Of a DNA stretch of 64,000 nucleotides, positions 57,301 to 64,000 are shown in pieces. Origin of the DNA: Auanema rhodensis (Eukaryota > Animalia > Nematoda); the NCBI GenBank assembly GCA_964057225.1, contig OZ059898.1, positions 17,856,001-17,920,000 on the forward strand, written 5' to 3'. Within the stretch, counting starts at the first letter, position 1. Each line of letters opens with the position of its first letter. Under the pieces are notes generated by a model. The model was not told the origin of the DNA. It worked only from the letters and a program-made list of their open reading frames with translations, and searched no databases. The translations under genes were made by a program, and so were the position numbers.

Positions 57301-59800
57301 ACATTGAGAAAAGTTTAATACAAAAATTAGTTATGATCGTTTGAAAAATGATGCATTAGTGTATTTTGAGTTTCCATGTACTTTCAGCATTGCTTCCAAA
57401 AACATTTTGACAAAAATTTTTTCGAAAAATTTCAAAATAATTTCGCAAAAAGTAGATGTTTTTAGATTTTTTTTTTCAAGGCAAAGACGATGAACAATGT
57501 TATTCAACGAAAAAATTAATTCTTCAGGGTGAAAATCGAGGATATAAGTGTGAACTTATATCAGTTGATATCTCGGTGCATTTTTAAGCTAGCGCAAATC
57601 TAATAACACAGATCGACGCAGCTTAAAAATCCGCATCGAATGCACTATACTACATTGAGAAACGCTTAATACAAAAATTAGTTATGATCGTTTGAAAAAT
57701 GATGCATTAGTGTATTTTGAGTTTCCATGTACTTTCAGCATTGCTTCCAAAAACATTTTGACAAAAATTTTTTCGAAAAATTTCAAAATAATTTCGCAAA
57801 AAGTAGATGTTTTAGATTTTTTTCTTCAAGCCAAAGACGATGAACAATGTTATTCAACGAAAAAATTAATTCTTCAGGGTGAAAATCGAGGATATAAGTG
57901 TGAACTTATATCAGTTGATATTTCGGTGCATTTTTAAGCTAGCGCAAATCTGATAACACAGATCGACGCAGCTTAAAAATCCGCATCGAATGCACTATAC
58001 TACATTGAGAAACGCTTAATACAAAAATTAGTTATGATCGTTTGAAAAATGATGCATTAGTGTATTTTGAGTTTCCATGTACTTTCAGCATTGCTTCCAA
58101 AAACATTTTGACAAAAATTTTTTCGAAAAATTTCAAAATAATTTCGCAAAAAGTAGATGTTTTAGATTTTTTTCTTCAAGCCAAAGACGATGAACAATGT
58201 TATTCAACGAAAAAATTAATTCTTCAGGGTGAAAATCGAGGATATAAGTGTGAACTTATATCAGTTGATATCTCGGTGCATTTTTAAGCTAGCGCAAATC
58301 TGATAACACAGATCGACGCAGCTTAAAAATCCGCATCGAATGCACTATACTACATTGAGAAAAGCTTAATACAAAAATTAGTTATGATCGTTTGAAAAAT
58401 GATGCATTAGTGTATTTTGAGTTTCCATGTACTTTCAGCATTGCTTCCAAAAACATTTTGACAAAAATTTTTTCGAAAAATTTCAAAATAATTTCGCAAA
58501 AAGTAGATGTTTTTAGATTTTTTTTTTCAAGGCAAAGACGATGAACAATGTTATTCAACGAAAAAATTAATTCTTCAGGGTGAAAATCGAGGATATAAGT
58601 GTGAACTTATATCAGTTGATATCTCGGTGCATTTTTAAGCTAGCGCAAATCTGATAACACAGATCGACGCAGCTTAAAAATCCGCATCGAATGCACTATA
58701 CTACATTGAGAAACGCTTGATACAAAAATTAGTTATGATCGTTTGGAAAATGATGCATTAGTGTATTTTGAGTTTCCATGTACACTCAACATTGCTTCCA
58801 AAAACATTTTGACAAAAATTTTTTCGAAAAATTTCAAAATAATTTCGCAAAAAGTAGATGTTTTTAGATTTTTTTTTTCAAGGCAAAGACGATGAACAAT
58901 GTTATTCAACGAAAAAATTAATTCTTCAGGGTGAAAATCGAGGATATAAGTGTGAACTTATATCAGTTGATATCTCGGTGCATTTTTAAGCTAGCGCAAA
59001 TCTGATAACACAGATCGACGCAGCTTAAAAATCCGCATCGAATGCACTATACTACATTGAAAAACGCTTGATACAAAAATTAGTTATGATCGTTTGGAAA
59101 ATGATGCATTAGTGTATTTTGAGTTTCCATGTACACTCAACATTGCTTCCAAAAACATTTTGACAAAAATTTTTTCGAAAAATTTCAAAATAATTTCGCA
59201 AAAAGTAAATGTTTTTAGATTCTTTTTTTTAAGGCAAAAACGATGGACAATGTTATTCAACGAAAAAATTAATTCTTCAGGGTGAAAATCGAGGATATAA
59301 GTGTGAGCTTATATCAGTTGATATCTCGGTGCATTTTTAAGCTAGCGCAAATCTGATAACACAGATCGACGCAGCTTAAAAATCCGCATCGAATGCACTA
59401 TACTACATTGAGAAACGCTTGATATAAAAATTAGTTATGATCGTTTGAAAAATGATGCATTAGTGTTTTTTGAGTTTCCATGTACACTCAACATTGCTTC
59501 CAAAAACATTTTGACAAAAATTTTTTCGAAAAATTTCAAAATAATTTCGCAAAAAGTAGATGTTTTTAAATTTCTTTTTTCAAGGCAAAGACGATGAACA
59601 ATGTTATTGAACGAAAAAATTAATTCTTCAGGGTGAAAATCGAGGATATAAGTGTGAACTTATATCAGTTGATATCTCGGTGCATTTTTAAGCTAGCGCA
59701 AATCTGATAACACAGATCGACGCAGCTTAAAAATCCGCATCAAATGCACTATACTACATTGAGAAACGCTTAATACAAAAATTAGTTATGATCGTTTGGA
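51373..59800 (+). repeat. Distal domain of satellite A with an 11-mer/7-mer duplication and an adjacent 350-bp monomer duplication
   Basis: ttcaatgaaa in monomers 51373 and 55235 (spacing 3862). cattaagaaaagc at ~54143 and ~56600 (spacing 2457). ggtccattttcaagctggcg occurs four times. Near-identical 350-bp monomers at 57692 and 58042. Confidence 0.8.
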
Positions 59801-60706
59801 AAATGATGCATTAGTGTATGTTGAGTTTCCATGTACACTCAACATTGCTTCCAAAAACATTTTGACAAAAATTTTTTCGAAAAATTTCAAAATAATTTCG
59901 CAAAAAGTAAATGTTTTTAGATTTCTTTTTTCAAGGCAAAGACGATGGACGATGTTATTCAACAAAAAAATTAATTCTTCAGGGTGAAAATCGAGGATAT
60001 AAGTGTGAACTTATATCAGTTGATATCTCGGTGCATTTTTAAGCTAGCGCAAATCTGATAACACAGATCGACGCAGCTTAAAAATCCGCATCGAATGCAC
60101 TATATTACATTGAGAAACGCTTAATACAAAAATTAGTTATGAGTTGCGTTTGAAAAATGATGCATTAGTGTATGTTGAGTTTCCATGTACACTCAACATT
60201 GCTTCTAAAAACATTTTGACAAAAATTTTCCCGAAAAATTTTAGAATAATTGCACAAAAAGTAGATGTTTTTAAATTTTTTTTTTAAGGCAAAGACGATG
60301 AACAATGTTATTGAACGAAAAAATTATTTTTTCAGGGTGAAAATCGAGGATATAAGTGTGAACTTATATCAGTTGATATCTCGGTGCATTTTTAAGCTAG
60401 CGCAAATCTGATAAAACAGATCGACGCAGCTTAAAAATCCGCATCGAATGCACTATATTACATTGAGAAACGCTTAATACAAAAATTAGTTATGATCGTT
60501 TGAAAAATGATGCATTAGTGTATTTTGAGTTTCCATGTACACTCAACATTGCTTCCAAAAACATTTTGACAAAATATTTTCCGAAAAATGTCAAAATAAT
60601 TTCGCAAAAAGTAGATGTTTTTAGATTCCTTTTTTCAAGGCAAAAACGATGGACAATGTTATTCAACAAAAAAATTAATTCTTCAGGGTGAAAATCGAGG
60701 ATAAAA

Positions 60707-63170
60707 TGTACACGTGATGTGCACTTGGTATGTAACTCGCTTCACGTGGAAGATGAAGAGATGCGGTTTTCAAAATTAGATTTCGCATGTCCATATTAGT
60801 CTAAAAACAAATTTTTATTGATATTGGTTCATGGTAACCATGACTTTGAAATTTACGTGAACTTTAATTTATGCTAATTAAGTGTACACATGATGTGCAC
60901 TTGGTATGTAACTCGCTTCACGTGGAAGATGAAGAGATGCGGTTTTCAAAATTAGATTTCGCATGTCCATATTAGTCTAAAAACAAATTTTTATTGATAT
61001 TGGTGCATGGTAACCATGACTTTGAATTTTACGTGAACTTTAATTTATGCTAATTAAGTGTACACATGATGTGCACTTGGTATGTAACTCGCTTCACGTG
61101 AAAGATAAAGAGATGCGGTTTACAAAATTAGATTTCGCATGTCCATATTAGTCTAAAAACAAAGTTTTATTGATATTGGTGCATGGTAACCATGACTTTG
61201 AAATTTACGTGAACTTTAATTTATGCTAATTTAGTGTACACGTGATGTGCACTTGGTATGTAACTCGCTTCACGTGAAAGATAAAGAGATGCGGTTTTCA
61301 AAATTAGATTCCGCATGTCCATATTAGTCTAAAAACAAATTTTTATTAATATTGGTGCATGGTAACTATGACTTTGAAATTTACGTGAACTTCAATTTAT
61401 GCTAATTAAGTGTACACATGATGTGCACTTGGTATGTAACTCGCTTCACGTGAAAGATAAAGAGATGCGGTTTACAAAATTAGATTTCGCATGTCCATAT
61501 TAGTCTAAAAACAAATTTTTGTTGATATTGGTGCATGGTAACCATGACTTTGAAATTTACGTGAACTTTAATTTATGCTAATTAAGTGTACACGTGATGT
61601 GCACTTGGTATGTAACTCGCTTCACGTGAAAGATAAAGAGATGCGGTTTTCAAAATTAGATTCCGCATGTCCATATTAGTCTAAAAACAAATTTTTATTA
61701 ATATTGGTGCATGGTAACTATGACTTTGAAATTTACGTGAACTTTAATTTATGCTAATTAAGTGTACACGTGATGTGCACTTGGTATGTAACTCGCTTCA
61801 CGTGAAAGATAAAGAGATGCGGTTTTCAAAATTAGATTCCGCATGTCCATATTAGTCTAAAAACAAATTTTTATTAATATTGGTGCATGGTAACTATGAC
61901 TTTGAAATTTACGTGAACTTCAATTTATGCTAATTAAGTGTACACATGATGTGCACTTGGTATGTAACTCGCTTCACGTGAAAGATAAAGAGATGCGGTT
62001 TACAAAATTAGATTTCGCATGTCCATATTAGTCTAAAAACAAATTTTTGTTGATATTGGTGCATGGTAACCATGACTTTGAAATTTACGTGAACTTTAAT
62101 TTATGCTAATTAAGTGTACACGTGATGTGCACTTGGTATGTAACTCGCTTCACGTGAAAGATAAAGAGATGCGGTTTTCAAAATTAGATTCCGCATGTCC
62201 ATATTAGTCTAAAAACAAATTTTTATTAATATTGGTGCATGGTAACTATGACTTTGAAATTTACGTGAACTTTAATTTATGCTAATTAAGTGTACACATG
62301 ATGTGCACTTGGTATGTAACTCGCTTCACGTGAAAGATAAAGAGATGCGGTTTTCAAAATTAGATTCCTCATGTCCATATTAGTCTAAAAACATATTTTT
62401 ATTGATATTGGTGCATGGTAACCATGACTTTGAAATTTACGTGAACTTTAATTTATGCTAATTAAGTGTACACGTGATGTGCACTTGGTATGTAACTCGC
62501 TTCACGTGAAAGATAAAGAGATGCGGTTTTCAAAATTAGATTCCCCATGTCCATTTTAGTCTAAAAACAAATTTTTATTGATATTGGTGCATGGTAACTA
62601 TGACTTTGAAATTTACGTGAATTTTAATTTATGCTAATTAAGTGTACACATGATGTGCACTTGGTATGTAACTCGCTTCACGTCAAAGATAAAGAGATGC
62701 GGTTTTCAAAATTAGATTTCGCATGTCCATATTAGTCTAAAAACAAATTTTTATTGATATTGGTGCATGGTAACCATGACTTTGAAATTTACGTGAACTT
62801 TAATTTATGCTAATTAAGTGTACACGTGATGTGCACTTGGTATGTAACTCGCTTCACGTGAAAGATAAAGAGATGCGGTTTTCAAAATTAGATTCCTCAT
62901 GTCCATATTAGTCTAAAAACGAATTTTTATTGATATTGATGCATGGTAACCATGACTTTGAAATTTACGTGAACTTTAATTTATGCTTATTAAGTGTACA
63001 TGTGATGAGCACTTGGTATGTAACTCGCTTCACGTGAAAGATAAAGGGATGCGGTTTTCAAGATTAGATTCCCCGTGTCCATATTAGTCTAAAAACAAAT
63101 TTTTGTTGATATTGGTGGATGGTAACCATGACTTTGAAATTTACGTGAACTTTAATTTATGCTAATTAAG
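60707..63170 (+). repeat. 14-mer higher-order repeat unit of satellite B (2464 bp); a second copy starts at 63171
   Basis: gtggaagatgaag in monomers 1-2 recurs in monomers 15-16 (ttcacg at 60741 and 63205). ggttcatgg and aaagttttat (61161/63625) recur at the same 2464 offset. Only 1.3 copies are visible. Confidence 0.8.
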
Positions 63171-64000
63171 TGTACACGTGATGTGCACTTGGTATGTAAC
63201 TCGCTTCACGTGGAAGATGAAGAGATGCGGTTTTCAAAATTAGATTTCGCATGTCCATATTAGTCTAAAAACAAATTTTTATTGATATTGGTTCATGGTA
63301 ACCATGACTTTGAAATTTACGTGAACTTTAATTTATGCTAATTAAGTGTACACATGATGTGCACTTGGTATGTAACTCGCTTCACGTGGAAGATGAAGAG
63401 ATGCGGTTTTCAAAATTAGATTTCGCATGTCCATATTAGTCTAAAAACGAATTTTTATTGATATTGGTGCATGGTAACCATGACTTTGAAATTTACGTGA
63501 ACTTTAATTTATGCTAATTAAGTGTACACATGATGTGCACTTGGTATGTAACTCGCTTCACGTGAAAGATAAAGAGATGCGGTTTACAAAATTAGATTTC
63601 GCATGTCCATATTAGTCTAAAAACAAAGTTTTATTGATATTGGTGCATGGTAACCATGACTTTGAAATTTACGTGAACTTTAATTTATGCTAATTAAGTG
63701 TACACGTGATGTGCACTTGGTATGTAACTCGCTTCACGTGAAAGATAAAGAGATGCGGTTTTCAAAATTAGATTCCGCATGTCCATATTAGTCTAAAAAC
63801 AAATTTTTATTAATATTGGTGCATGGTAACTATGACTTTGAAATTTACGTGAACTTCAATTTATGCTAATTAAGTGTACACATGATGTGCACTTGGTATG
63901 TAACTCGCTTCACGTGAAAGATAAAGAGATGCGGTTTACAAAATTAGATTTCGCATGTCCATATTAGTCTAAAAACAAATTTTTGTTGATATTGGTGCAT
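60707..64000 (+). repeat. Tandem satellite array B: 176-bp monomer, ~18.7 copies, running off the window end
   Basis: The unit tgtacacgtgatgtgcacttggtatgtaactcgcttcacgtgaaag...catggtaaccatg...gctaattaag recurs at 60707, 60883, 61059 and onward, with a period of 176 and no indels seen. Hand count: 57 G+C of 176. Confidence 0.99.

Larger units (their letters stand above)
1..60706 (+). repeat. Tandem satellite array A: 351-bp AT-rich monomer, about 170 copies, mostly head-to-tail, with two internal inverted blocks
   Basis: The same unit (ttgaaaaatgatgcattagtg...cttcagggtgaaaatcgagg...gctagcgcaaatc...aattagttatgatcgt) recurs every 351 bp. ORF-track starts step by 351 (e.g. 7521, 7872, 8223; 21208, 21559, 21910). 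Occasional 349/350/352-bp units arise from 1-bp indels, mostly in homopolymers. Hand count for one monomer: 110 G+C of 351. Confidence 0.99.

Noticed and set aside
35967-58287. Longer 67-81 aa ORFs
   Set aside because: They arise from single-base indels that fuse two frames of the same monomer.
304-60691. About 90 near-identical 63-aa ORFs (MKNDALV...NSSG) as a tandem gene family
   Set aside because: They start at TTG rather than ATG, and their F/K/N/I-rich composition mirrors the A/T tracts. Roughly half of the monomers break the frame with stops (tttagc, gatgaac, tcgtaa, gaataa) or 1-bp indels, and these broken variants are amplified as freely as intact ones. No recognisable domain.
1-64000. 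CRISPR array or diversity-generating cassette system
   Set aside because: There are no unique spacers. The whole unit repeats, variation is limited to scattered substitutions shared among neighbours, and no cas, reverse transcriptase or recombinase gene is present.
1-64000. 5S rRNA, tRNA, snRNA or spliced-leader tandem gene repeats
   Set aside because: I found no recognisable conserved RNA-gene sequence, cloverleaf or Pol III A/B box in either monomer.
60707-64000. Assignment to a named ~176-bp satellite (e.g. Brassica CentBr, primate alpha satellite, Arabidopsis CEN178)
   Set aside because: The length is similar, but I do not recognise the sequence as any of these and see no canonical CENP-B box. 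A database search is needed.

Overview
The whole window is tandem satellite DNA, almost certainly from a eukaryotic heterochromatic (possibly centromeric or pericentromeric) region. It contains no credible genes, RNA genes, CRISPR arrays or autonomous mobile elements. Bases 1 to ~60,706 are an array of about 170 copies of an AT-rich (~31% GC) 351-bp monomer. This array holds two inverted blocks (1082-2756 and 3640-4961) that share breakpoints, so they look like one inversion that was later tandemly duplicated, and it shows a patchwork of local higher-order repeats. At ~60,707 it switches with no spacer to a different 176-bp satellite (~32% GC) that has a 14-mer (2464-bp) higher-order repeat. 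The repeated 63-aa ORFs are TTG-started by-products of the monomer. The points of interest are structural: the duplicated staggered-break inversion, the junction at a shared TAAGTGT, the 2:1 monomer-length ratio, dyad symmetries and layered variant domains. I could not assign either satellite to a named family or organism, and I see no evidence for a new gene-encoded system.
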